Assembly: GCA_030141605.1 (NCBI GenBank) | Contig: JAQGDQ010000285.1 | Location: 235,825 to 299,824, forward strand | Direction: 5' to 3' | Length of the DNA: 64,000 nt | Source of the DNA: Tubiluchus corallicola | Taxonomy: Eukaryota; Animalia; Priapulida | Part shown: in pieces, positions 40,701 through 54,133 of the stretch | How positions within the stretch are numbered: position 1 is the first letter of the stretch | Layout: every line of letters begins with the position of its first letter | The notes under the pieces: generated by a model | What the model saw: only the letters and a program-made list of their open reading frames with translations | What the model was told of the DNA's origin: nothing | Databases searched by the model: none | Position numbers and translations under genes: made by a program

Positions 40701-43593
40701 AAAACAGTAGTTGTCAATAACTGGGAGGGTAGATCCCTGAAAAACGGAAAAAATCGAAAATCCTTTAATTATTTTCTACACCGCTATATCCATTACTATA
40801 TAGCTTACTCTACTTTTACTCTTTTCCTAATTTACTTTTAGGAAATCGCTGCTCAACTTGTTCAATTCTCAACATCAAAAACATTCCATGAGCGAGTTGC
40901 AAGTGTTTGCGAAAGCGAAAATTGCAGTACAATGCTACCGTAAGAGATTCAGTGTGTTGTAATAAAACTCAGCAAGTTTTAAGACAAAAATTCAAATTTC
41001 AAATTGACTGCTGTACTCACGCATGAGCTGTCGAACGTGTGTAGTTCTGAACTGAGAGGTACAACACCTATTTTTGTGCAATGCGGTTCTGAAATGAAGG
41101 CTCTAATGCCCGTCTAACTAGCGAATGGCGAAATGCATGAAACAGCAAAGAACTAGTGACGCGAACGCGAAATTGTGTTTGTGTGATAATAAGTTTTTCA
41201 CGTAAGGCATTCTTTAAAAAATAGTACGTTTCCTTTCAATATTTTAAAGAATAAGTTGTTTTGACCTACAGTTTAACATTGGATCCGGACTTGCTTTAAC
41301 GTGTTTGGCATTTATTTTTTCCGTGTAAGAGAACTGTGAAGGTCAGCCTGTGTTACTTATTTGCATTACAGATATTTGTAAATAACGGAAACTTTTCGAG
41401 CGGCAACTGCTCACTTGACATTTTGTGACCCAGTGTGGCTATATAAAGTAGCAAGCAAAATGTCAGACGGTGTGAAAGTAATAATGCTGTTAACAATAAT
41501 GGTGGTGACAATGATAGCGGCAGTGGTACCACTGGTATCCAAATTAAACAATTTTTATCCAAAAATATTTTGTGGAGCTTTTATTGGACCCATTCCAAGC
41601 CCAAGCGTTCAACATTGCCATGCGTTGTAGTCATTGTTGTCGACAACGCTAGTCACGAATCCCAATCACAAATAAAAAAGACCACTGCTATGCAGCAACG
41701 TTCAGTAGGAATGGGTTCAGAGAAACGTTGCACAGGAATGAATCCACGCTATCCATGATACATTCTTGCAAATCTAATACATTAATTATGGTGCTAATGT
41801 CTGCATGTATGGATAGATGCTTATAACCCAGCTGGCTAGAGATACAGCTGGAAATATCTAATTTTCGGCGTTTCATACATAAAACGTAAGGTCTCGATCT
41901 GCTGTCGCCTCTTCGGTGATTTATTTTCTATTTGGGGCCATAGAATAATGACAGGCGAAAATCCTTGAATACTGGGGATTTTTGCGCATTTTTTCCCATT
42001 TTTTGCTCAGTTTCAGAGAGACAGGGAAACCGGGGGAGGCGAGGCCCAGTGCTTCCTGCAATCAAAGTTTTCTAAACCCAGCAGCGTGTTACAAGCTCAT
42101 GTAGATTTATTTCACAAGCACCAGATGGGTTACAAGAGGGGGAGAGCTCTAAGTTCCATTTCAGGGTTTATTTGCTTGGACAACTGCATGGCGCGTGCAT
42201 TATTGTGGTGTCTTTTCATTATATAACTCTAGCTATAGCTCTTGCTTAAAATTTAGCTGTTAATTATGTTACTTAATTTCTTGCTAGTTAATACATTCTT
42301 GTGCTGAAGAAAAGCATGCATTGCTGGTTGTTTCTGCTTTTAATATCATCTTCGGTGCTTAGAAAAGCGCCCACGTACTTGGCACTTTTTCCAAGACTGA
42401 CTGCCATCTCTTGCAACAAAACATTCTTCTGTTCTTGACTGGTTTACTTGAAGATTCCTTTTCTCTAGTTTTTTTGGAAAATCCCTTTTTATTGTGTTAG
42501 TTTGAAAATTTGATACACTAATCCATCCAATATCGTCTGCATATTGTTGATCAATAAGAAATGGTTCATAGGATTCCAAAGCAGGATAGGAGTGATCCAG
42601 AATATGTTGAGGAAGGTAGTCAGACAGTCGTACCGTAATCATGATCATCATTTAGAGGAGTTTGGATCTTAAGTGCATTTGCTAGGTAGAAAGCGAAAAG
42701 TAATGGACTAAGACAGTCCCCCTGAAGGACCCCAATAATTGTGCTAAAAGTTCTTTCTAAAGTGTTCCCAACCTTTACAGTAAGTTTAACATCCTTTAGT
42801 AGAATTGTAATAATGTGAATTTTATCTGGTTGTAGTGCGGTTTGTAGGACATAAAATAGAATTCATCTCTCTACAGTATCAAACAGTTGTTGTTAATTTC
42901 TTTATAAGCAAGGATTAGTTAAGTTTAAAGCGTTAAGAGGCTTAAAGTCTAAATTTTGCTACAATTAAAGCACGTTTTATTTTACGTAATTTAATATTTA
43001 TTACTTAGTAATGTTCCCATTGTTTATATTGCTTGGTAAGAATTTTCCAATTGAAACGATACTTAAGCGCTGGAAAATCAATCACATCTCGGACGGAAGA
43101 TGGCCCTCTATATCCGCCCCAGTGGGTCTATATCATTCATGCCAAATTTCAGTAAATTCCACGTTGTCGTTTGGCAAACAGGCAAACTAGCCTCGATTAA
43201 TAGTATGAACCATATTCTTGTACTTCATCAAAAATTCTAACAAATAAAACAAAGTACTTTGTTCAACGCCTACCTGTCTGTATTTACACCAAGCGAGATT
43301 AGTAAGAGGAAGATTGTGTCCAACAAATTCAAACCCATGATGGTGCGGCATGTGATTGCTATCATGGTGATTAAATTCGTTAATACCTGAGAAAGTAAAA
43401 CAGAAATATCAACTTCAGTGATGTATTTTGATGCGTCTTGTGTACTGGAATGAAGTAAAAAGTACTACTAGATCTGCACTGTGTAAGGTGCAGAGATTTG
43501 TTCTTGTTTTTGTAGTTTTGGCGTTGGTGCTAATGATATCATCATCGTCATCGCTGTTGTCGTTGTCATCGTTATCATCAACATCATCATCAC

Positions 43594-43641
<48 letters not shown>

Positions 43642-44621
43642 TGTTAATATCATTCATTTCCATTAATTGTTTCTGTTGCTTTTCTTGCTGTTTTGCTGCC
43701 TCATTGCTGTAATAAGTAAAAAGATACGGTACCACATATCTTGTATTATATTAAGCTTATATATAGCTTAATATTTGTATGCTCAATGTATGCTAATATA
43801 ATATAGTCTTTTACGATATATAATTAAAGCCTTATGAAGCTGAAAAAGATTACCAAGGTGCCATTTGCCAACAAATCCGGTCATGTAACCATTGTCTTGA
43901 AGGAATTCAGCAATTGTTATTTCACTCTTCGGAAGTCCAACTGTAGAATTATAAGTAAGGACACGAGTATGGCCGACCATGCCTACACGTGCTGCCAGGC
44001 GACCTGGAAACATAAGGATATGTGATGCTATCAGTGCAGCTGGCAACATGGGAAACCAAAACACCGCTTTTAAGGTCAATGGAGGTTAGCAGTAATGGTG
44101 ACGTAGCAGTCAATGAAATTATCAGGTAAAACTAGCTTAGACTTCAAAGACAGCTAATTCTAGATTCATAACGAATTTTAAACTTCGGCGCAATGCACAA
44201 TTGAGACGGATCATTTACTGAATCGCAAAAGTAAAAGAGAAAAAGGTATTTTTGGTGCTAACGAAAATTAGTTGCGTTATTGTCCAAGAAATTAAAAAGA
44301 ATTTAACTGTATTCAGAAAGTGATTTCTCACCTGTAAGAAGAGCAGCACGGCTTGGTGTGCAAATACTTTCTGCCGAATACCAGCTCAAAAACTTCATTC
44401 CTCCAGCAGCAAGATCATCAATGGCTTCCCATTCTTGTACTACGTGACCATAAGAAGCTAGATCTCCAAAACCCACATCGTCAGCCATAATGACGACAAA
44501 ATTAATCTGGCTATCATCGTCATCATCATCATCATCATCATCGTCATCACTGTCTGCATTTACCACTGAATTGGTCCATAGGAAAGTCACCAAGCTGAAG
44601 ACTAGCAGCTGAATGAAAAGC
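37719..44621 (-). CDS. Arylsulfatase (formylglycine-dependent type I sulfatase) with signal-peptide-like N-terminus; first exon uncertain (candidate 45316-45299, MSLCSC)
   Basis: Exons (minus): 44621-44332 (LLVFSLVTFLW..D12..NFVVIMADDVGFGD..CTPSRAALLTG), 44003-43854 (GLPKSEITIAE..GKWHLG), 43386-43274 (PHHHGFE), 40736-40508 (RPFFLYYALSNTH), 39671-39507 (YGDNMREM..FMSDNGP), 39013-38843 (GDKGRPFEGGVRVP..MDVLPT..DG), 38230-37719 (ISLLP..AIRYGNYKVHY..DIDPTE..TPCC..*). Phases are consistent and the CxPxR signature is intact. Confidence 0.93.
39950..40190. repeat. Degenerate (AACC/AAAC)n tetranucleotide tract
   Basis: Read directly; sulfatase intron. Confidence 0.85.
40245..40555 (-). repeat. ~66-bp tandem repeat (about 5 copies) made from the sulfatase exon 3' end plus its splice donor
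   Basis: A unit encoding DLTT(M/I)PEFVG(T/S)SRR plus donor-side sequence recurs, with divergence increasing into the intron. Confidence 0.9.
42346..42883 (-). mobile_element. Internal reverse-transcriptase fragment of a non-LTR retrotransposon (intronic)
   Basis: FDTVER*IL..LLKDVKLTVKVG..FSTIIGVLQGDCLSPLLFAFYL, frameshift, then QQYADDIGWI..LQVNQSRTE; the FD, QG..LSP and YADD RT motifs are present. Confidence 0.88.
43537..43640. repeat. (CAT)n microsatellite
   Basis: Read directly; intronic. Confidence 0.95.
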
Positions 44622-45838
44622 CTAAAAAATCAAGTACTGAAGAACAAGTAAAGTAAATTTGAAATCATAAAAATAGATTAAGGTGGTGAGTTATATAAAC
44701 ATAAGTCTTTTACTTCTTTTCCCTAAACTTTTCTAAAAATCAAAAATTTGTTTCATTGAAGCATGTCGCCTAGGCGAGGCAATTACCACTCATCTATTAT
44801 ATGCCAATGAATCTGTGTTAAACTAAAATGATTATCTGTTTTTGTTTCATTGGACGCATTCCAAGAATGAGAATCAAATGGCCAGCCCTGTCACATGCCA
44901 CTGTCGTTGTCGTCGTTGTTGTCACCGTTGTTATTGTGGACATAGTCAAAAAGCACCAAGCTGCGGACACACTACAGGACCTGACAGATTCTTGTTTACA
45001 ATTTGAAAAAGAGAGAAATAACATTTGTAATTGTCTTACCAATCATTAATATTCAGAAAAGGAATTGTGAATATTTAAACGTAATTTACTAATGTTAAAA
45101 AAAAGGATTAAATTCCACTGTTTAGCGTTCTGTAAGTACTCTAGAAGTCTATTATTCGTAATTAAGAGGCTACAACTACATTTACCTGGATGAGCCGATA
45201 ATTAAATTAATTTGTTGACTCGGCTATATGTCTACGTTTGTAAAATACGTGCAACACTTGATAAATTACTATTAGTTATTTACCGACCCCACACTTACAC
45301 AGCTGCAAAGGGACATTTTGAAGCAACCTCACCAAACAAAAACTCAAAGTAAATTTACAAAACATAATAGTTACGTTTTCAACTTCTTCATACTATACAG
45401 AATCTTCAATCTTCACCACATCTAAAAAACTCGCGTTATAATCTGATATCCGTTTTTTGTGTACAATACTGCAAGCAGGCGTCTTTAAAAAAGGCCCTGA
45501 TTTCAGTAGGCACACAAAAATATCAGTTAACTTAACCTAACGAAGAAGGGGTGCCAAGGAATTATTTTCAGCGCAAAATCTAACTGATCCTGATCACTGA
45601 ATTTACAATTTTCATTGCCACAGTATCTGGAAAGCACTTCAATGTTCCAAACCTTTCAAACATGTGTTGGATGTTTGTTTTTTTCTTTTCAGAACACCCG
45701 AGCATTACCCATGCCCATTGTTGTTGAATTGCCCATGTCTATGTTGAATTGCACCCTTAGTAGGACCAGTGTGGTATATTTTTTTCTGTATCAGCACGGT
45801 AATAAATTTTTTATATGCATGACGATATATATCTCTAT

Positions 45839-45882
45839 ATACCTGTATACCTGTATACCTGTATACCTGTATACCTGTATAT
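45839..45882. repeat. (TACCTGTA)n 8-bp tandem repeat
   Basis: About 5 copies, read directly. Confidence 0.9.
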
Positions 45883-47149
45883 ACCAGTATATCAGCAAAT
45901 AAAGATAAGATAATACTACTTACAACCCCCATTGTCATTGTATAAACAAGTGAAAGATCCCTTTTGACAAGCGTGAAGATGGCACATTCGGTCGAAATGC
46001 ATCGCTGTTGAGTTAAACAAGTATTGTTCAACAAAACACTGTCTTCATGTTCAATTGTGCACCCGCAGCTTGTATTTTCGGTTAATGTGGAATTTATTTA
46101 TCTATTTTTTTCCTGGTGCTTTCTGCCAGCCGGAAACCCAGAAAGATTGTCATCCTGAAAACTGCGTCGTTTGCCACCTTGATGTGACTTCTGCTTGCAC
46201 AGCTCACCACATGCTTTAAAATCACAGTTTATAAAGTTTCGCATTTTCCCCAAAGCTCAAGTTTTCTTCTACCTGTAAACAGTCTTGAACCAGGATACAA
46301 CTGAACTTGCCTTGCTGTGAGCTTTCGAGTAAAGTATTACAAGGGATATTTTGTACATTTCCCATCCAGCATATTATTGCACGTTTCCCCCTTTTCAGCC
46401 CATCTCTCAAAACCATGCTGTAAGAATGAATTGTTTGTTGCTATTAATATCATTTTGGTTCAAATAAGTACGTTTTTCTTCCCAGATTTTCACACGATTG
46501 GCTTTCCACGAGAGCAACATTAACAGGTTTGATGACACATAGATGCTCGAATACGTGATATTAGGGCAATGAACACATTCTCCTACCGCTCCACGGCAGC
46601 TTTGTAGATGATCATAATTTATTCAGATGAAAATTGATTTGGATCAGTTCTAACCATGGTCTACTATAAATCATACTGATAAGCAGATAAGTTTGTAGGG
46701 TAAAATAGGCTAGAATAGGAAGGTTAAAAAGCTTTGTTGTTAACAATACGGCTATACTGGTTACTAATAATCATATGATTATTATTTGCAATAGGCTGGT
46801 CCATTCAGACAGTGCTGTGCGTAAAGCGAGTATTAACGGCTTTAACTAATGGGTACTGCTTGAAAAAACACTGAACAAGTTTTATTATAGTGTAACACCG
46901 AGAACTGGCTATTTACATAATGGAAAACGGTAAAAATACTAAAATACTGAAAAACAATAATATGGCATATTTTATAGATAAAATACTCAAATCCAGGTTG
47001 ACTTAAATTTATTTTAAAGGAAAGAACTAATACTAGCAGCATGTTGGGCTTAGTTTAATGTTTAGCTAAAAATTGAAATTTGTGCAATCGAGTATTTTAA
47101 AAATAACTTTCCGACGAGAAATCCCACAACGAACGTTTAATTATGAATT

Positions 47150-47460
47150 ATACATCATCAACACTCTAAGATAAGTTGACATACCAGCTTAGATGGCTAC
47201 CGTGTCTCATTCTTTCATATCTGACCTTTTAATTTTATTATATTTTTAATTCAGCTCACACAGGAGCGACTTACATGCGGAACTTCGTTTTGTAGACACT
47301 GTACTGTTGATACTTTTAAATTTTTTAGCCCTAATTAAAGTAATTTGCATTTTTATTTTTAATTTATTTACTAGATGTTAATTTTAATGTGTGTTTCTGT
47401 GTAAACGCATTGGAATATTATAGCGATAACTAGAGCGCCTTTCAGTTTTATTTAATGTAA
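47150..47460 (+). mobile_element. Possible degraded L2-type LINE 3' end
   Basis: QLRWLP resembles the L2 ORF2 L.WLP motif; TGTAAACGCATTGG...AGCGCC resembles the L2 3' stem-loop and runs directly into a simple-repeat tail. Confidence 0.35.
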
Positions 47461-47480
47461 TGTAACATATATTATAGTCT

Positions 47481-47620
47481 TAGTATAGTATAGTATAGTA
47501 TAGTATAGTATAGTATAGTATAGTATAGTATAGTATAGTATAGTATAGTATAGTATAGTATAGTATAGTATAGTATAGTATAGTATAGTATAGTATAGTA
47601 TAGTATAGTATAGTATAGTA
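47481..47620. repeat. (TAGTA)n pentanucleotide microsatellite, about 28 copies
   Basis: Read directly. Confidence 0.97.
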
Positions 47621-48586
47621 TGTACTATATTATAGTACATTCAGAGTGCACACACAGTTAAAAACCTTAGAATTTTCCAGGAGCTCAGGTCATTTTGTTG
47701 ACTAACTGGATAGGCTGGTTATATAATTTAAGTAAAAATGCACTTACACAAACAATATTAGTTTAATCACAACTATTACATTTATTTGAAATAATTAGCT
47801 AATCATTAATATTACATTGCGATTTTAAATTAGTTAGATGAAAATCAGCAAAGCATTCTTTAGCTCATTGTTACAGTAAATTAAAATATAAATACTGCTC
47901 ACCATAAGATATCCGTTACCTAAAAATTTTTACTGAGACTACAACCTACTTTTAATTTACTACTTTTTAAAGTACACACACACACCTATATATATATATA
48001 GGTAACGTAATATCAAATTAGTTATCAGTGATTACTGGTAAGTCGTGTATCTTTGAATATTTGACTACTTTCAATGAATGAAAAGTGACATATCACATTC
48101 TCTTGTCATTAGTAAACAAATGGCAACTGAATTTTTTCCGGCAAAATACGTATGTCTACAGTACAAATTTTGTTTATTTACATTGTTACATTTCATATAA
48201 ACAATATTCTCAACTAAAACACAGTTTTGATACTTTTCAATACAGATACTTCCTTTCTTGAATTACTTCGCTAAGTGTTCATTCAAAAATTCACAGTAGT
48301 ACAGAAAAAAAATCGAAAATAGATCTGTTTTTACTAACTTGACTAAACCTCTTCTAAACGTAGGATTAAGGATTAAAGCGACTTTATGTCATCTTTCAGC
48401 AATTTGAATTTGTATACATTTACATTATAGATGTTAGCTATTGACTAACATGGCGTCACTAATTGTTATTAAAATAATACTAATTTCAACTAATCTACGA
48501 GCTCATACTTAAACTACACATTGCTTAACATCTTGTGAGAGAAAGCAAAAATAGTTTTATCAACGTTAATAAGGATGAGCGGTTAC

Positions 48587-48637
48587 AGTGTATGTGTGTG
48601 CGTGTGTGCGTGTGTGTGTGTGTGTGCGCGTGCGTGC
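48587..48637. repeat. (GT/GC)n dinucleotide microsatellite
   Basis: Read directly. Confidence 0.9.
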
Positions 48638-49298
48638 TGGGTGTCAGTTAAGTAGCGCCAGACCTAGTTATTAACTGGATGATACCGCAACCAGAAAACT
48701 GCGCTTCTGTGTGACTAAATCTGTGATTCTACCTATTCGGCTGGTTGAGAAAGGAAGTACACAAATAAGAATACGGCTGAGACATCTCTACTTATCTTAA
48801 AGGATGATCCTTATAATTAATTAGGTTTCGGCTCACCAACAACCGTCAAACACTAGTAGCCTCTATGTTAAGTACTTGATTCTCGCTCTCTGTAAAACAA
48901 ACTGTATAAAAAGTAAAATTAAAAATTAGTATTACGCGTATTATTCCAGGTCCCCAATGAGTCCCCGTATGTTGCGAGAAGCTTATAAATGCATTGACAT
49001 CTTGCAATTACACTGATGTTGGTTTCTACGTTCAGGGCTTCTCAAATTAGGCGATATGATTTTAATTTAGATACCTTAATTATTCATGTTATTAAAATTC
49101 AAATGCAGTTGAGATATTAATAATATAACCTATGAGTGTTAGGGGAAAGTGTAAAAGTGTTAGGGGAACAGCTCTACAAAAACTGTTTCTCTGCGCAATT
49201 TGAGCTGATAATAACAACAATTCAAATCTTTGTTATTTAACGACCATATACTTAATTTCTTATCACAGTATTTCAAAAATTCATTTGCGTCTTCTAAT

Positions 49299-52200
49299 TT
49301 ATGCAACGCCTTTTGGCATTTTTGTTAAGGATTTCTGCAAGATTGCCATGTCACTGAAAGGAATATTCGTTCCAGGAAAGCCCTTTCTGGCAAACAGCAA
49401 TAACGTGTGACCTTGCAAGTGACCTAAAGCGTATTTGTACTTCTTCATTTTTAGGCTTTTAAGCCAATCGACAATGTCCTTTGAAGTCCATATTGAGACA
49501 GGCTTTGTGTAGTAAGGCTCATCGCCTTCATAGATGCTCAGGGCAGCAGCTCTTGCAGAACGTGACGATTTACCAGCTAAGCTTGTTGTTGAGCGAGACT
49601 TGGAGAGAGATTTAGTGGTGATGTAAGCATAATCAGAAGAATCATCAGCAACGAAGTTGACTCGAGGGTTGCTGCGTGCGTTTCGCGGCGGAGGAGGTGC
49701 CGGTTGCTTCCTTCCGGCATTCGACAATGCTGACATTTCATTAGCACTTGTTATTCCGAGTTTATCAAGTTCATTGGCTGAGACTTTTTTAGTCAATTCT
49801 GATTCAGTGTAAGCATGCTTTAGTGTAGTGGCAATGCCATACAAACTTGAATTCGATGGATCTGTGTATATTCCACCATAAATACTTTCAGCTCTCCTTA
49901 CTTCCTGTTCTTTCAAACGTTGTCTTAGTGCTTCCAGTTTTTGTGCTGTCTTGCCGCCAATGTGACCTCCATATTTATTTATCAAGTTATCAAGCTCTTT
50001 TTCAGCAGCAGTTGCATCAGTTTCTTCGTTTGACCAACTTTCACCAGAGCCAGTTCTCATGTGAACTGGTTCTGGCATTGATTTGGCTTTTGATTTTCGA
50101 TCATTGTATGGTGACCACTCAGAATTGGCTTGCCTGGATATGTATTCTGCCATTGACAAGCCATTGGTGGAATACTCTGGTGCACTATGCCTCGTGTGAT
50201 ATCTCGCGCCTCTAGGCCTAAATCCTGCCATGCCGTAGTTTGGCAGTTCCTCGTATCTTCTGTACTGAGCCCTCTGCCGCTGCATTGCCCTATTATATCG
50301 GCTTTCCTCAAGTTCCCGTCTTCCAGCTTCGTATCTTCTACGTGCTATTTCCAAATTCCTTTGCTCAATTAAATCACCTTCGCTATGTCTTGTTGGTCGA
50401 AGTTCCGCACCAATCTGTCTTGATTTTCTTCTAGACATTTCATAAAGTTCTTCGCTTTCAGAGGAAGCGTCATCACTAAATGAATCACGTCTACTTCTGC
50501 AGTATGGTTTAATCAGTCTCTTATTTTTGTGTTGCACATATTCATCGTAAGGATTATTCATGGAAACGCGACCAAAGTCACTAGGCACACTTCTTCTATA
50601 TTGTCTCCTGTCAGAGTGGTAAGCATCATAATTTTCGTCATAAGAGATTGCCCTGTGTTGCAGTCTGTGAGGCTGATGATTGCTAGCGTTGTAACGATTT
50701 CTTTCATTTTCTATATTTCCCGCACTTCTAGATGCCCTGTCGCGATGCAGTACTTCATGATTCCCTGATAAGTGAGCTTTTTTCAGTGCATTTATCCTTG
50801 CTTCTGTAAGTTCTTCTCTCTCGCATCTTTCTAAAGACTCTATACTGTCTCTTTGGATGACTTTGCTATCATCCGCTACATTTCTTCTTGAAGCTGTTTG
50901 CACATTTGCCTTCTCTGTTTGACGTCTATTTGGTGTTTTGGTTAATTCTTCTTTGAAACAGTCAGCGGAAGTGTCGACCACTTCGCCACTGAGTCCAGTA
51001 GAAGTTCGATTCATTTCTTCCTCTGTTTCGTCGCTTATGTCAGCACCACCGTAAAATGAAAGGTGTGTTGCAGTATCGCTTTTGCCATTTTTATTAATTC
51101 TATGATTATGAACTTGCTGAACATCATTAATTTGTGCTTTTTTACTGCTTTGTGTACTATCGACTATCTCTTCTCGGATGTGCTTTATTTTATGGTTGCT
51201 TGGAAATTCTGTTTGGTTGTTTGCCCTTGGTGTTTTTAACATTTCTTGTTTCTTCTGTCTTATTCTTTCTTGTTCGGTTTCTGCACTCCGAATGCTACAA
51301 TCAGTTGAGAAGCTACTACCAGATGTAACATGATGATTCTGATTTAGATTAGTATTCCAGGGAAATATTTCTTCCTTTTCTCTGCTAGAGCGACTATTGT
51401 TTTCCCGGTCACTTGCATCTTGCACTTCTTTCTGCATTTTTCTTTCTCGTTCGAGTGTCGCACTTTCCAGTTCTGAAATTTGTTCATCAGAACTCACGGG
51501 AGTAGTGGGCGACCATCGTCTTTTGTCGTACTCTACTTTTCTAGTTTGCTTTTTACATTCATTGCGGGGCGGAGCAGATGATGAACGATTTTTCAGACTT
51601 TCTTTTTTGTTAGGATGTCTTGAAGCACTTCGACTACGACCAGTTTGAGATTCACTGAAATAACCTGGGTCAGTTGGTGCTTCTTCTGGTTGCATCGAGA
51701 CATCTTGGCAGCTTCTGCGCCATAACTGATTTTTCATACTTAACTCGGTGTCACTTTCGCTGATAAAATACAAGTCGTTACCTTCTATATGAAAAGCTGC
51801 TACTGAATCTGTTTCACTTGCTAAATCATTTATCTCAGAATGATCCTTTTTAAGCATGTCAGCCGTTTTGCTGGTATTTGTTGGTTTGTCATTTCTTTGT
51901 TGGTTTGCTAGAACCGAGTTTAGTTTTTCAACAAATGGTTTGTTTGGTTTGCTCAATTCATGATCTGTGCCATTAGGTGTTGATGATTTCTCTAATTGTT
52001 TTCCACTGCTCTTTGAGTAATTATGGCCTGTTGATGCTGCAGATGCGAAGTTCCTGTTTGGGCTATGTTGCTCACAAGGACGTGCCGGACCAGACTGTTG
52101 TAGACTTACACTGCAATGATTTGGGAATGACACATTTGTATCAGGAAACTTTTGACAATCGTTATTTGAAAGATAATTTTCTTCTGTTGGCAATGCAGGT

Positions 52201-53928
52201 AATGCTTTAGACTTTCGTTTTGGTCGTGGAGGAACAGCTGGTTGAGCGTGTGGCAACTTCTTGGAACTGCTCGAAATTTTTGCAATCTGGTCTGTCAGCG
52301 ATGGTTTTTGATTTTGTTTTACACGATTTGTTGATATACTATCCTTCAGAAAGAGCTGGCGAAAGTGAGATGGTGAAGGAAATCCGTAACTGACTACATC
52401 GTCTACAGATGTGTCTACCATTGATCCATGGTAACTAGCATTACCAGAATGCAATTGACTTTGACGAGTAGTTGCCAATGCTTCGCTATCTGTACAGTAG
52501 CCATCTAACTGACTGGTCTGTTTACGAAGACCCTTTGGCGTTTGAAATGTGGAGAATAGATTTTCGTATATATTTTCATCTGTAAATATTTCATTGTTGG
52601 TTATGAGTTCGCTGCCCAGGTTGGGTGTGCTACCGAAGTCTTTTCTCACCTTACTGGTTCTAAATCGTCGTCGGGCATATCGGCGTGGGATGTGAGAATA
52701 CCGCTCATGTTCTGGTGTCTGTTCACTCGTATTGCTGTTGATAGATGGCGATCGTTCACGTGGTGGTGCTGTGATGAATCCGTGTTGTGGTTCAGCATTT
52801 TCATCTGATATGTGTGACAATGAGCGGGACCTGGCGGTGACGGTGTTCTGCATGTGATCAGACGTCGAACGAGCGCGGGCGTACTCCAAATTTGCATCTT
52901 CCTCAGAACTGCTGTGTGTTGATTTCCCTTCAGAATCATAAGCACTGTGAAACACCCTTGTGTTTGGTGGTTCTGTTAGAAATAGAAACAGCAAAATTAA
53001 TATTCTTAAATCTTAGAACTTCTTAAATCTGTTCTACATTTACTATTTTTTTGGTTTTGTATTAGGTGTATCGTTTAGTACTTTCCACAAACTTGCATCA
53101 ACTAACTACTCGCAGCATCATTACCAAAATGTTGAGTAGATGGCGCTACTGTATAGTGTATACGGGTTTTAGTTTCTTTTAAAATAGAGAAACTCAAATT
53201 CAGTTTAATCAAACGTTTTCCTGTTTCATAAATTTGGTGTACCATACCAATCGCTGCAATCTGGTTTTCACATTTTTTAGACCTATCATTGAAAGTACCA
53301 CGTAAATTGTCAAATTCGTAATTTAACCTTGCATTTGTTTCTTAAGACAGTTAATAGCAATAACAACAACAACTTTTACCAAATCCTGTTATGCTTACCA
53401 GATTTTGATCTCTTGTCGTATTTTGATGTCTTGCCTTTGGGCTTTCGGTTGACTAAAAAACAATAAAAGTATCATGCAAATTACTTGAGCCTTTTTATTA
53501 TATCGTCATAATACTCGTACTTTGTGAAACAATCAAAATTTACCCTTCAAGGAATGACGAATATTTATCTTAGCAAGTTAAAGAAATGTGCTCTGCTGCT
53601 AGACAAAAAACTAAATAAACTGTTAGTCACAGAACGACGTATTAAAGCACAATAAAAAATCTGAAGCTCTTCCTAGCGATAATTTTGATCCAAAAAGTGG
53701 TAAACGTTTCTGACATTGTGCGTAAGATAATAAAAGTGAAAATATGGAGAGACATTTTGAGACACTAACTTATTATTTTGGCGTTTTTATAATCGTCTGA
53801 GATCACAGAAGCAAGAAAGTTATTGACGACTGGCACTGTCACACATTTTTTTATATAACACTCTGTAATTAAATGTAGTTTGCTAAATAAAGTATACCTA
53901 GCCTTTTCCAAGTTGATTTTAGTGTCAT
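49299..53928 (-). CDS. Protein of about 1252 aa, largely low-complexity/disordered, with a C-terminal SAM-like domain
   Basis: Exons 53928-53898 (MTLKSTWKRL, in-frame stop upstream of the ATG), 53452-53399 (VNRKPKGKTSKYDKRSKS) and 52972-49299 (3.67-kb open exon), joined by phase-1 GT-AG introns. C-terminus PVSIWTSKDIVDWLKSLKMKKY..LQGHTLLL fits the SAM consensus (W...DV..WL..L....Y...I.G..LL). Confidence 0.82.
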
Positions 53929-54035
53929 CTTGGCGAAATGTGAATGTAGTTTCTCCGATAATTAACCTGACTTATCTGAAAATAAAAAAAAAGAAAAGTT
54001 ATAAGAAGAAACAATACCAAACCATCTAGAAAGCT

Positions 54036-54133
54036 GGGGCCGGTTTGACAAAGCCGTCGCTAACTTAGCGACGTCGTTATTACATTTACTTAACTATTAA
54101 TAACGACGTCGTTAAGTTAGTGAAACCAGGCCG
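54036..54133. mobile_element. Short palindromic MITE remnant (Harbinger-like termini)
   Basis: GGCCGGTTTGAC..GTGAAACCAGGCC termini with inner inverted repeat CTAACTTAGCGACGTCGTTATTA / TAATAACGACGTCGTTAAGTTAG. Confidence 0.6.

Noticed and set aside
43415-43735. Poly-Asp/Met/Ser ORFs
   Set aside because: Intronic (CAT)n repeat; the flanking sulfatase exons join in phase without it.
45950-46700. Coding-like composition, possibly a decayed transposase or gene
   Set aside because: Multiple stops and no motif I can identify.
47452-47640. (YYTIL)n ORF
   Set aside because: Translation of (TAGTA)n.
49847-52945. Multiple short ORFs overlapping the 1231-aa ORF
   Set aside because: Antisense or alternative-frame shadows of the real exon, with no independent motifs.
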